From Eledone cirrhosa (lineage: Eukaryota): 64,000 nucleotides of DNA. The stretch's first letter is position 1. Each line of letters starts with the position of its first letter. The notes below the pieces were generated by a model. That model had not been told where the DNA came from. It worked only from the letters and a program-made list of their open reading frames with translations, and did no database searches. Position numbers and translations under genes: made by a program. Shown in pieces: positions 14,801 to 30,808 of the stretch. The stretch spans positions 206,646,001-206,710,000 of the forward strand of contig OZ024743.1 in assembly GCA_964016885.1 (NCBI GenBank), given 5' to 3'.

Positions 14801-17800
14801 TCACAACTACTGTAATACCACTGTATCAAGACCATAGTCACAACTACTTTAAGACCACTGTATCAAAACCATAGTCATAACTACCGTAAGACCACTGTAT
14901 CAACACCAAAGTCATAAGACCACTGTCTCAACACCATAGTCACAACTACTGTAAGACCACTGTATCAACACCATAGTCATAACTACTGTAAGACCACTGT
15001 ATCAACACCATAGTCATAACTACCGTAAGACCACTGTATCAACACCATAGTCAGAAGACCACTGTATCAACAACATAGACACAACTACTGTAAGACCACT
15101 GTATCAACACCATAGTCACAACTACTAGAGTACCACTGTATCAACACCATAGTCACAACTACTGTAGTACCACTGTATCAACACCATAGTCACAACTACT
15201 GTAAGACCACTGTATCAACACCACGGTCACAACTACTGTAAGATCACTGTATCAACACCATAGTCATAACGACCGTAAGACCACTGTATCAACACCATAG
15301 TCAAAAGACCACTGTATCAACACCATCGTCACAACTACTGTAAGACCACTGTATCAACACCATAATCATAACTACCGTAAGACCACTGTATCAACACCAC
15401 AGTCACAACTACAGTAAGACCACTGTATAAACACCATAGTCACAACTACTGTAAGACCACTGTATCAACACCATAATCATAACTACCGTAAGACCACTGT
15501 ATCATCACCATAGTCATAACTAATGTAAGACCACTGTATCAACACCATAGTCACAACTACTGTAAGACCACTGTATCAACACCATAGTCATAACTACTGT
15601 AAGACCACTGTATCAACACCATAGTCATAAGACCACTGTATAAACACCATAGTCACAACTACTGTAGTACCACTGTATCAACACCATAGTCACAACTACT
15701 GTAGTACCACTGTATCATCACCATAGTCATAACTAATGTAAGACCACTGTATCAACACCATAGTCACAATAACTGTAAGAACACTGTATCAACACCACAG
15801 TCATAACTACTGTAAGACCACTGTTTCAACACCACAGTCACAACTACTGTAAGACCACCGTATCAACACCACAGTCACAACTACTGTAAGACAACTGTAT
15901 CAACACCACAACCACAACTACTGTAAGAACACTGTATCAACACCATAGTCACAACTACTGTAATACCGCTGTATCAGCACCACAGTCACAACTACTGTAA
16001 GACCACTCTATGAACACCACAGTCACAACTACAGTAAGACCACTTTATCAACACCATAGTCACAACTACTGTAAGACCACTGTATCAACACCATAGTCAT
16101 AACTACTGTAAGACCACTCTATGAACACCACAGTCACAACTACAGTAAGACCACTTTATCAACACCATAGTCACAACTACTGTAAGACCACTGTATCAAC
16201 ACCATAGTCACAACTACTGTAAGACCACTGTATCAACACCATAGTCATACGTCCACTGTATCAACACCATAGTCACAATTACTGTAAGACAACCGTATCT
16301 ACACCATAGTCACAACTACTGTAAGAACACTGTATCAACACCACAGCTACAACTACTGTAAGACCACTGTATCAACACCACAGCCACAACTACTGTAAGA
16401 CCATTGATTCAACACCGTAGTCACAACTACTGTAAGACCACTGTATCAACATCACATTCACAACTACTGTAAGATCACTGTAAAAACACCACAGCTACAA
16501 CTACTGTAAGACCACTGTATCAACACCACAGCCACAACTACTGTAAGACCATTTATTCAACACCGTAGTCACAACTACTGTAAGACCACTGTATCAACAC
16601 CACAGTCACAACGTCTGTAAGACCACTGTATCAACACAAAATTCACAACTACTGTAAGCCTACTGTATCAACACCATAGTCACAACTACTGTAAGACCAC
16701 TGCATCAACACCATAGTCAGAACGTCTGTAATACCACTGTATCAACACCATAGTCACAACTACTGTAAGACCACTGTATAAACACCATAGTCATAACTAC
16801 TGTAAGACCACTGTATAAAATCCATAGTCACAACTACTGTAAGACCACTGTATCAACAATACAGTCACAACTACTCTAAGACCACTGTATCAACACCACA
16901 GTCACAACTACTGTAAGACCACTGTATCAACACCATAGTCATAACTACCGTAATACCACTGTATCAACACCATAGTCATAAGACCACTGTATGAACACCA
17001 TAGTTACAACTACTGTAAGACCATTGTATCAACACCATAGTCATAACTACTGTAAGACCACTGTATCAACACCATAGTCATAAGACCACTGTATCAACAC
17101 CATAGTCACAACTACTGTAATACCACTGTATCAAGACCATAGTCACAACTACTTTAAGACCACTGTATCAACACCATAGTCATAACTACCGTAAGACCAC
17201 TGTATCAACACCAAAGTCATAAGACCACTGTATCAACACCATAGTCACAACTACTGTAAGACCACTGTATCAACACCATAGTCATAACTACTGTAAGACC
17301 ACTGTATCAACACCATAGTCATAACTACCGTAAGACCACTGTATCAACACCATAGTCAGAAGACCACTGTATCAACAACATAGACACAACTACTGTAAGA
17401 CCACTGTATCAACACCATAGTCACAACTACTAGAGTACCACTGTATCAACACCATAGTCACAACTACTGTAGTACCACTGTATCAACACCATAGTCACAA
17501 CTACTGTAAGACCACTGTATCAACACCACGGTCACAACTACTGTAAGATCACTGTATCAACACCATAGTCATAACGACCGTAAGACCACTGTATCAACAC
17601 CATAGTCAAAAGACCACCGTATCAACACCATCGTCACAACTACTATAAGACCACTGTATCAACACCACAGTCACAACTACTGTAAGACCACTGTATAAAC
17701 ACCATAGTCACAACTACTGTAAGACCACTGTATCAACACCATAATCATAACTACCGTAAGACCACTGTATCATCACCATAGTCATAACTAATGTAAGACC

Positions 17801-20800
17801 ACTGTATCAACACCATAGTCACAACTACTGTAAGACCACTGTATCAACACCATAGTCATAACTACTGTAAGACCACTGTATCAACACCATAGTCATAAGA
17901 CCACTGTATAAACACCATAGTCACAACTACTGTAGTACCACTGTATCAACACCATAGTCACAACTACTGTAGTACCACTGTATCATCACCATAGTCATAA
18001 CTAATGTAAGACCACTGTATCAACACCATAGTCACAATAACTGTAAGAACACTGTATCAACACCACAGTCATAACTACTGTAAGACCACTGTTTCAACAC
18101 CACAGTCACAACTACTGTAAGACCACCGTATCAACACCACAGTCACAACTACTGTAAGACAACTGTATCAACACCACAACCACAACTACTGTAAAACCAC
18201 TGTATCAACACCATAGTCACAACTACTGTAATACCGCTGTATCAGCACCACAGTCACAACTACTGTAAGACCACTTTATCAACACCATAGTCACAACTAC
18301 TGTAAGACCACTGTATCAACACCATATTCACAACTACTGTAAGACCACTGTATCAACACCATAGTCATAACTACCGTAAGACCACCTTATCAACACCATA
18401 GTCATAAGACCACTGTATCAACACCATAGTGACAACTACCGTAAGACCACTGTATCAACACCATAGTCATAACTACTGTAAGACCACTCTATGAACACCA
18501 CAGTCACAACTACAGTAAGACCACTTTATCAACACCATAGTCACAACTACTGTAAGACCACTGTATCAACACCATAGTGACAACTACTGTAAGACCACTG
18601 TATCAACACCATAGTCATAAGTCCACTGTATCAACACCATAGTCACAATTACTGTAAGACAACTGTATCTACACCATAGTCACAACTACTGTAAGAACAC
18701 TGTATCAACACCACAGCTACAACTACTGTAAGACCACTGTATCAACACCACAGCCACAACTACTGTAAGACCATTGATTCAACACCGTAGTCACAACTAC
18801 TGTAAGACCACTGTATCAACATCACAGTCACAACTACTGTAAGATCACTGTAACAACACCACAGCTACAACTACTGTAAGACCACTGTATCAACACCACA
18901 GCCACAACTACTGTAAGACCATTGATTCAACACCGTAGTCACAACTACTGTAAGACCACTGTATCAACACCACAGTCACAACGTCTGTAAGACCACTGTA
19001 TCAACACAAAATTCACAACTACTGTAAGCCTACTGTATCAACACCATAGTCACAACTACTGTAAGACCACTGCATCAACACCATAGTCAGAACGTCTGTA
19101 ACACCACTGTATCAACACCATAGTCACAACTACTGTAAGACAACTGTATAAACACCATAGTCATAACTACTGTAAGACCACTGTATAAAATCCATAGTCA
19201 CAACTACTGTAAGACCACTGTATCAACAATACAGTCACAACTACTCTAAGACCACTGTATCAACACCACAGTCACAACTACTGTAAGACCACTGTATCAA
19301 CACCATAGTCATAACTACCGTAATACCACTGTATCAACACCATAGTCATAAGACCACTGTATGAACACCATAGTTACAACTACTGTAAGACCACTGTATA
19401 AAATCCATAGTCATAACTACTGTAAGACCACTGTATCAACACCATAGTCATATGACCACTGTATCAACACCATAGTCACAACTACTGTAAGACCACTGTA
19501 TCAACACCACAGTCACAACTACTGTAAGACCACTGTATCAACACCATAGTCATAACTACCGTAATACCACTGTATCAACACCATAGTCATAAGACCACTG
19601 TATAAACACCATAGTCATAACTACTGTAAGACCACTGTATAAAATCCATAGTCATAACTACTGTAAGACCACTGTATCAACACCATAGTCATAAGACCAC
19701 TGTATCAACACCATAGTCACAACTACTGTAATACCACTGTATCAAGACCATAGTCACAACTACTTTAAGACCACTGTATCAACACCATAATCATAACTAC
19801 CGTAAGACCACTGTATCATCACCAAAGTCATAAGACCACTGTATCAACACCATAGTCACAACTACTGTAAGACCACTGTATCAACACCATAGTCATAACT
19901 ACTGTAAGACCACTGTATCAACACCATAGTCACAACTATTGTAAGACCACTGTATCAACACCAGAGTCATAACTAATGTAAGACCACTGTATCAACACCA
20001 TAGTCACAACTACAGTAAGACCACTGTATAAACACCACAGTCATAACTACTGTAAGACCACTGTGTCAACACCACAGTCACAACTACTGTAAGACCACTG
20101 TATCAACACCACAGTCACAACTACTGTAAGACCACTGTATCAACACCACAACAACAACTACTGTAAGACCACTGTATCAACACCACAGTCATAACTACTC
20201 TAAGACCACTGTATCAACACCACAGCCACAACTACTGTAAGACCACTGTATCAACACCATAATCACAACCACTGTAATACCACTGTATCAACACTATAGT
20301 CATAACTACTGTAAGACCACTGTATCAACACTATAGTCACAACTACTGTAAGACCACTGTATCAACACCATAGTCGCAACTACCGTAAGACCACTGTATC
20401 AGCACCACATTCACAACTACTGTAAGACCACTGTATCAACACCATAGTGACAACTACTGTAAGATCACTGTAATAACACCATATTCACAACTAGTGTAAG
20501 ACCACTGTATCAACACCATAGTCATAACTACCGTAAGACAACTGTATCAACACCATAGTCATAAGACCACTGTATCAACACCATAGTGACAATTATTGTA
20601 AGACCACTGTATCAACACCACAGTCACAACTACAGTAAGACCACTGTATCAACACCATAGTCATAACTACTGTAAGACCACTGTATCAACACCATAGTCA
20701 CAACTATTGTAAGACCAATGTATCAACACCACAGTCACAACTACAGTAAGACCACTTTATCAACACCATATTCACAACTACTGTAAGACCACTGTATCAA

Positions 20801-22581
20801 CACCATATTCACAACTAGTGTAAGACCACTGTATCAACACCATAGTCATAAGACCACTGTATAAACCCCATAGTCACAACTACTGTAAGACCACTGTATC
20901 TACACCATAGTCACAACTACTGTAAGAACACTGTATCAACACAACAGTTATAACTACTGTAAGACCACTGTATCAACACCATAGTCATAAGACCACTGTA
21001 TAAACACCATAGTCACAACTACTGTAGTACCACTGTATCAACACCATAGTCACAACTACTGTAGTACCACTGTATCAACACCATAGTCACAACTACTGTA
21101 AGACCACTTTATCAACACCACGGTCACAACTACTGTAAGATCACTGTATCAACACCATAGTCATAACTACTCTACGACCACCGTATCAAAACCATAGTCA
21201 CAACTACTGTAAGACCACTGTATCAACACCATAGACATAAGACCACTGTATCAACACCATAGTCACAACTACTGTAAGACCACTGTATCAACACCATAGT
21301 CATAACTACTGTAAGACCACTGTATCAACACCATAGTCATAAGACCACTGTATAAACACCATAGTCACAACTACTGTAGTACCACTGTATCAACACCATA
21401 GTCACAACTACTGTAGTACCACTGTATCAACACCATAGTCACAACTACTGTAAGACCACTTTATCAACACCACGGTCACAACTACTGTAAGATCACGGTA
21501 TCAACACCATAGTCAGAACTACCGTAAGACCACTGTATCAACACCATAGTCACAACTACTGTAAGACCACTGTATCAACACCACAGTCACAACTACAGTA
21601 AGACCACTGTATAAACACCATAGTCACAACGACTGTAAGACCACTGTATCAACACCATAATCATAACTACCGTAAGACCACTGTATCATCACCATAGTCA
21701 TAACTAATGTAAGACCACTGTATCAACACCATAGTCAAAATAACTGTAAGAACACTGTATCAACACCACAGTCATAACTACTGTAAGACCACTGTTTCAA
21801 CACCACAGTCACAACTACTGTAAGACCACCGTATCAACACCACAGTCACAACTACTGTCAGACAACTGTATCAACACCACAACCACAACTACTGTAAAAC
21901 CACTGTATCAACACCATAGTCACAACTACTGTAATACCGCTGTATCAGCACCACAGTCACAACTACTGTAAGACCACTTTATCAACACATAGTCACAACT
22001 ACTGTAAGACCACTGTATCAACAGCATAGTCATAACTACTCTAAGACCACCGTATCAAAACCATAGTCACAACTACACTAAGACCACTGTATCAACACCA
22101 TAGTCATAACTAACGTAACACCACTACATCAACACCATAGTCATAAGACCACTGTATCAACACCATAGTCATAACTACGGTAAGACCTCTGTATCAACAC
22201 CATAGTCATAAGACCACTGTATCAACACCATTAGTCACAACTACTGTAATACCACTGTATCAACACCATAGTCACAACTACTGTAAGACCGCTGTATCAA
22301 CACCATAGTCCCAACTACTGTAAGACCAGTGTGTCAGCAGCACGGTCACAAATACTGTAAGACCACTGTATGAACAGCATAGACATAACTACCGTAAGAC
22401 CACTGTATCAACAAAATAAGACCATTGTATCAACACCATAGTTACAACTACTGTAAGACTATTGTATCAACACCATAGTCACAATAACTGTAAGAACACT
22501 GTATCAACACCACAATAACTGTAAGACCACTGTATCAACACCATAGTCATAACTAATGTAAGACCACTGCATCAACACCAT

Positions 22582-22636
22582 AGTCACAACTACTGTAAGT
22601 CCACTGTATCAGTGGTCTTACAGTAGTTATGACTGT
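22582..22636. other. Micro-inversion / fold-back hairpin in forward SatA, copy 1 (25-bp arms, TAT loop, 2 mismatches)
   Basis: AGTCACAACTACTGTAAGTCCACTG-TAT-CAGTGGTCTTACAGTAGTTATGACT, then forward monomers resume through ACTGTAAGACC. Confidence 0.93.
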
Positions 22637-25600
22637 AAGACCACTGTATGAACACCATAGTCATAACTACCGTAAGACCACTGTATCAATACCATAGTCA
22701 TAACTAATGTAAGACCACTGTATAAACACCATAGTCACAACTACTTTAAGACCACTGTATCAACACAATAGTCACAATAACTGTAAGAACACTGTATCAA
22801 CACCACAGTCATAACTACTGTAAAACCACTGTATCAACACCACAGTCACAACTACAGTAAGACCACTGTATCAACACCACAGTCACAACTACTGTAAGAC
22901 CACTGTATCAACACCACAGTCACAACTACTGTAAGAGAACTGTATCAACACCACAACCATAACTACTGTAAGACCACTGTATCAACACCACAGTCATAAC
23001 TACTCTAACACCACTGTAGCAACACCATAGTCACAACTACTGTAAGACCACTGTATAAAAGCCATAGTCACAACTACTGTAAGACCACTGTATCAACAAC
23101 ACAGTCACAACTACTCTAAGACAACTGTATAAACACCACAGTCATAAGACCACTGTATCAACACCATAGTCACAACTACAGTAAGACCACTGTATAAACA
23201 CCATAGTCACAACTACTGTAAGACCACTGTATCAACACCATAGTAACAACTACACTACGACCACCGTATCAAAACCATAGTCACAACTACTGTAAGACCA
23301 CTGTATCAACACCATAGTCATAAGACCACTGTATCAACACCATAGTCACAACTACAGTAAGACCACTGTATAAACACCATAGTCACAACTACTGTAAGAC
23401 CACTGTATCAACACCATAGTAACAACTACACTAAGACCACTGTATAAACACCACAGTCATAACTACTGTAAGACCACTGTATCAACACCACAGTCACAAC
23501 TACTGTAAGACCACTGTATCAACACCACAGTCACAACTACTGTAAGACCACTGTATCAACACCACAACCACAACTACTGTAAGACCACTGTATCAACACG
23601 ACAGACATAACTACTCTAAGACCACTGTATCAACACCACAGCCACAACTACTGTAAGACCACTGTATCAACACCATAATCACAACCACTGTAATACCACT
23701 GTATCAACACTATAGTCACAACTACTGTAAGACCACTGTATCAACACTATAGTCACAACTACTGTAAGACCACTGTATCAACACCATAGTCGCAACTACT
23801 GTAAGACCACTGTATTAACACCATATTCACAACTAGTGTAAGACCACTGTATCAACACCATAGTCATAACTACCGTAAGACGACTGTATCAACACCATAG
23901 TCATAAGACCACTGTATCAACACCACAGTCACAACTACTGTAAGACCACCGTATCAACACCACAGTCACAACTACTGTAAGACAACTGTATCAACACCAC
24001 AACCACAACTACTGTAAAACCACTGTATCAACACCATAGTCACAACTACTGTAATACCGCTGTATCAGCACCACAGTCACAACTACTGTAAGACCACTTT
24101 ATCAACACCATAGTCACAACTACTGTAAGACCACTGTATCAACACCATATTCACAACTACTGTAAGACCACTGTATCAACACCATAGTCATAACTACCGT
24201 AAGACCACCTTATCAACACCATAGTCATAAGACCACTGTATCAACACCATAGTGACAACTACCGTAAGACCACTGTATCAACACCATAGTCATAACTACT
24301 GTAAGACCACTCTATGAACACCACAGTCACAACTACAGTAAGACCACTTTATCAACACCATAGTCACAACTACTGTAAGACCACTGTATCAACACCATAG
24401 TGACAACTACTGTAAGACCACTGTATCAACACCATAGTCATAAGTCCACTGTATCAACACCATAGTCACAATTACTGTAAGACAACTGTATCTACACCAT
24501 AGTCACAACTACTGTAAGAACACTGTATCAACACCACAGCTACAACTACTGTAAGACCACTGTATCAACACCACAGCCACAACTACTGTAAGACCATTGA
24601 TTCAACACCGTAGTCACAACTACTGTAAGACCACTGTATCAACATCACAGTCACAACTACTGTAAGATCACTGTAACAACACCACAGCTACAACTACTGT
24701 AAGACCACTGTATCAACACCACAGCCACAACTACTGTAAGACCATTGATTCAACACCGTAGTCACAACTACTGTAAGACCACTGTATCAACACCACAGTC
24801 ACAACGTCTGTAAGACCACTGTATCAACACAAAATTCACAACTACTGTAAGCCTACTGTATCAACACCATAGTCACAACTACTGTAAGACCACTGCATCA
24901 ACACCATAGTCAGAACGTCTGTAACACCACTGTATCAACACCATAGTCACAACTACTGTAAGACAACTGTATAAACACCATAGTCATAACTACTGTAAGA
25001 CCACTGTATAAAATCCATAGTCACAACTACTGTAAGACCACTGTATCAACAATACAGTCACAACTACTCTAAGACCACTGTATCAACACCACAGTCACAA
25101 CTACTGTAAGACCACTGTATCAACACCATAGTCATAACTACCGTAATACCACTGTATCAACACCATAGTCATAAGACCACTGTATGAACACCATAGTTAC
25201 AACTACTGTAAGACCACTGTATAAAATCCATAGTCATAACTACTGTAAGACCACTGTATCAACACCATAGTCATATGACCACTGTATCAACACCATAGTC
25301 ACAACTACTGTAAGACCACTGTATCAACACCACAGTCACAACTACTGTAAGACCACTGTATCAACACCATAGTCATAACTACCGTAATACCACTGTATCA
25401 ACACCATAGTCATAAGACCACTGTATAAACACCATAGTCATAACTACTGTAAGACCACTGTATAAAATCCATAGTCATAACTACTGTAAGACCACTGTAT
25501 CAACACCATAGTCATAAGACCACTGTATCAACACCATAGTCACAACTACTGTAATACCACTGTATCAAGACCATAGTCACAACTACTTTAAGACCACTGT

Positions 25601-28441
25601 ATCAACACCATAATCATAACTACAGTAAGACCACTGTATCATCACCAAAGTCATAAGACCACTGTATCAACACCATAGTCACAACTACTGTAAGACCACT
25701 GTATCAACACCATAGTCATAACTACTGTAAGACCACTGTATCAACACCATAGTCACAACTATTGTAAGACCACTGTATCAACACCACAGTCACAACTACA
25801 GTAAGACCACTGTATAAACACCATAGTCACAACTACTGTAAGACCGCTGTATCAACACCAGAGTCATAACTAATGTAAGACCACTGTATCAACACCATAG
25901 TCACAACTACAGTAAGACCACTGTATAAACACCACAGTCATAACTACTGTAAGACCACTGTGTCAACACCACAGTCACAATTACTGTAAGACCACTGTAT
26001 CAACACCACAGTCACAACTACTGTAAGACCACTGTATCAACACCACAACAACAACTACTGTAAGACCACTGTATCAACACCACAGTCATAACTACTCTAA
26101 GACCACTGTATCAACACCACAGCCACAACTACTGTAAGACCACTGTATCAACACCATAATCACAACCACTGTAATACCACTGTATCAACACTATAGTCAT
26201 AACTACTGTAAGACCACTGTATCAACACTATAGTCACAACTACTGTAAGACCACTGTATCAACACCATAGTCGCAACTACCGTAAGACCACTGTATCAGC
26301 ACCACATTCACAACTACTGTAAGACCACTGTATCAACACCATAGTGACAACTACTGTAAGATCACTGTAATAACACCATATTCACAACTAGTGTAAGACC
26401 ACTGTATCAACACCATAGTCATAACTACCGTAAGACAACTGTATCAACACCATAGTCATAAGACCACTGTATCAACACCATAGTGACAATTATTGTAAGA
26501 CCACTGTATCAACACCACAGTCACAACTACAGTAAGACCACTGTATCAACACCATAGTCATAACTACTGTAAGACCACTGTATCAACACCATAGTCACAA
26601 CTATTGTAAGACCAATGTATCAACACCACAGTCACAACTACAGTAAGACCACTTTATCAACACCATATTCACAACTACTGTAAGACCACTGTATCAACAC
26701 CATATTCACAACTAGTGTAAGACCACTGTATCAACACCATAGTCATAAGACCACTGTATAAACCCCATAGTCACAACTACTGTAAGACCACTGTATCTAC
26801 ACCATAGTCACAACTACTGTAAGAACACTGTATCAACACAACAGTTATAACTACTGTAAGACCACTGTATCAACACCATAGTCATAAGACCACTGTATAA
26901 ACACCATAGTCACAACTACTGTAGTACCACTGTATCAACACCATAGTCACAACTACTGTAGTACCACTGTATCAACACCATAGTCACAACTACTGTAAGA
27001 CCACTTTATCAACACCACGGTCACAACTACTGTAAGATCACTGTATCAACACCATAGTCATAACTACTCTACGACCACCGTATCAAAACCATAGTCACAA
27101 CTACTGTAAGACCACTGTATCAACACCATAGACATAAGACCACTGTATCAACACCATAGTCACAACTACTGTAAGACCACTGTATCAACACCATAGTCAT
27201 AACTACTGTAAGACCACTGTATCAACACCATAGTCATAAGACCACTGTATAAACACCATAGTCACAACTACTGTAGTACCACTGTATCAACACCATAGTC
27301 ACAACTACTGTAGTACCACTGTATCAACACCATAGTCACAACTACTGTAAGACCACTTTATCAACACCACGGTCACAACTACTGTAAGATCACGGTATCA
27401 ACACCATAGTCAGAACTACCGTAAGACCACTGTATCAACACCATAGTCACAACTACTGTAAGACCACTGTATCAACACCACAGTCACAACTACAGTAAGA
27501 CCACTGTATAAACACCATAGTCACAACGACTGTAAGACCACTGTATCAACACCATAATCATAACTACCGTAAGACCACTGTATCATCACCATAGTCATAA
27601 CTAATGTAAGACCACTGTATCAACACCATAGTCAAAATAACTGTAAGAACACTGTATCAACACCACAGTCATAACTACTGTAAGACCACTGTTTCAACAC
27701 CACAGTCACAACTACTGTAAGACCACCGTATCAACACCACAGTCACAACTACTGTCAGACAACTGTATCAACACCATAGTCACAACTACTGTAATACCGC
27801 TGTATCAGCACCACAGTCACAACTACTGTAAGACCACTTTATCAACACATAGTCACAACTACTGTAAGACCACTGTATCAACAGCATAGTCATAACTACT
27901 CTAAGACCACCGTATCAAAACCATAGTCACAACTACACTAAGACCACTGTATCAACACCATAGTCATAACTAACGTAACACCACTACATCAACACCATAG
28001 TCATAAGACCACTGTATCAACACCATAGTCATAACTACGGTAAGACCTCTGTATCAACACCATAGTCATAAGACCACTGTATCAACACCATTAGTCACAA
28101 CTACTGTAATACCACTGTATCAACACCATAGTCACAACTACTGTAAGACCGCTGTATCAACACCATAGTCCCAACTACTGTAAGACCAGTGTGTCAGCAG
28201 CACGGTCACAAATACTGTAAGACCACTGTATGAACAGCATAGACATAACTACCGTAAGACCACTGTATCAACAAAATAAGACCATTGTATCAACACCATA
28301 GTTACAACTACTGTAAGACTATTGTATCAACACCATAGTCACAATAACTGTAAGAACACTGTATCAACACCACAATAACTGTAAGACCACTGTATCAACA
28401 CCATAGTCATAACTAATGTAAGACCACTGCATCAACACCAT

Positions 28442-28496
28442 AGTCACAACTACTGTAAGTCCACTGTATCAGTGGTCTTACAGTAGTTATGACTGT
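28442..28496. other. Micro-inversion / fold-back hairpin in forward SatA, copy 2
   Basis: Same sequence as copy 1, 5860 bp downstream, inside a tandem duplication. Confidence 0.93.
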
Positions 28497-30753
28497 AAGA
28501 CCACTGTATGAACACCATAGTCATAACTACCGTAAGACCACTGTATCAATACCATAGTCATAACTAATGTAAGACCACTGTATAAACACCATAGTCACAA
28601 CTACTTTAAGACCACTGTATCAACACAATAGTCACAATAACTGTAAGAACACTGTATCAACACCACAGTCATAACTACTGTAAAACCACTGTATCAACAC
28701 CACAGTCACAACTACAGTAAGACCACTGTATCAACACCACAGTCACAACTACTGTAAGACCACTGTATCAACACCACAGTCACAACTACTGTAAGAGAAC
28801 TGTATCAACACCACAACCATAACTACTGTAAGACCACTGTATCAACACCACAGTCATAACTACTCTAACACCACTGTAGCAACACCATAGTCACAACTAC
28901 TGTAAGACCACTGTATAAAAGCCATAGTCACAACTACTGTAAGACCACTGTATCAACAACACAGTCACAACTACTCTAAGACAACTGTATAAACACCACA
29001 GTCATAAGACCACTGTATCAACACCATAGTCACAACTACAGTAAGACCACTGTATAAACACCATAGTCACAACTACTGTAAGACCACTGTATCAACACCA
29101 TAGTAACAACTACACTACGACCACCGTATCAAAACCATAGTCACAACTACTGTAAGACCACTGTATCAACACCATAGTCATAAGACCACTGTATCAACAC
29201 CATAGTCACAACTACAGTAAGACCACTGTATAAACACCATAGTCACAACTACTGTAAGACCACTGTATCAACACCATAGTAACAACTACACTAAGACCAC
29301 TGTATAAACACCACAGTCATAACTACTGTAAGACCACTGTATCAACACCACAGTCACAACTACTGTAAGACCACTGTATCAACACCACAGTCACAACTAC
29401 TGTAAGACCACTGTATCAACACCACAACCACAACTACTGTAAGACCACTGTATCAACACGACAGACATAACTACTCTAAGACCACTGTATCAACACCACA
29501 GCCACAACTACTGTAAGACCACTGTATCAACACCATAATCACAACCACTGTAATACCACTGTATCAACACTATAGTCACAACTACTGTAAGACCACTGTA
29601 TCAACACTATAGTCACAACTACTGTAAGACCACTGTATCAACACCATAGTCGCAACTACTGTAAGACCACTGTATTAACACCATATTCACAACTAGTGTA
29701 AGACCACTGTATCAACACCATAGTCATAACTACCGTAAGACGACTGTATCAACACCATAGTCATAAGACCACTGTATCAACACCATAGTGACAATTATTG
29801 TAAGACCACACTATCAACACCACAGTCACAACTACAGTAAGACCACTGTATCAACACCATAGTCATAACTACTGTAAGACCACTGTATCAACACCATAGT
29901 CACAACTATTGTAAGACCAATGTATCAACACCACAGTCACAACTACAGTAAGACCACTTTATCAACACCCTATTCACAACTACTGTAAGACCACTGTATC
30001 AACACCATATTCACAACTACTGTAAGACCACTGTATCAACACCATAGTCATAAGACCACTGTATAAACCCCATAGTCACAACTACTGTAAGACCACTGTA
30101 TCTACACCATAGTCACAACTACTGTAAGAACACTGTATCAACACAACAGTTATAACTACTGTAAGACCACTGTATCAACATCACAGTCACAACTACTGTA
30201 AGCCCACTGTATCAACAGCATAGTCATAACTACTCTAAGACCACCGTATCAAAACCATAGTCACAACTACAGTAAGACCACTGTATCAACACCATAGTCA
30301 TAACTACCGTAACACCACTACATCAACACCATAGTCATAAGACCACTGTATCAACACCATAGTCACAACTAATGTAAGTCCACTGTATCAACACCATTAG
30401 TCACAACTACTGTAATACCACTGTATCAACACCATAGTCACAACTACTGTAAGACCACTGTATCAACACCATAGTCACAACTACTGTAAGACCAGCGTGT
30501 CAGCAGCACGGTCACAAATACTGTAAGACCACTGTATGAACACCATAGACATAACTACCGTAAGACCACTGTATCAACACAATAATCCTAAGACCATTGT
30601 ATCAACACCATAGTTACAACTACTGTAAGACTATTGTATCAACACCATAGTCACAATAACTGTAAGAACACTGTATCAACACCACAATAACTGTAAGACC
30701 ACTGTATCAACACCATAGTCATAACTAATGTAAGACCACTGTATCAACACCAT

Positions 30754-30808
30754 AGTCACAACTACTGTAAGACCACTGTATCAGTGGTCTTACAGTAGTT
30801 ATGACTGT
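30754..30808. other. Micro-inversion / fold-back hairpin in forward SatA, copy 3 (1 mismatch)
   Basis: AGTCACAACTACTGTAAGACCACTG-TAT-CAGTGGTCTTACAGTAGTTATGACT. Confidence 0.93.

Larger units (their letters stand above)
18100..29784 (+). repeat. ~5.86-kb tandem duplication of SatA (about 18100-23920 and 23920-29784); ends approximate
   Basis: Marker offsets are 19092/24915 (5823), 20373/26270 (5897), 22610/28470 and 23789/29649 (5860). The offsets differ by whole 37-bp monomers. Confidence 0.85.
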
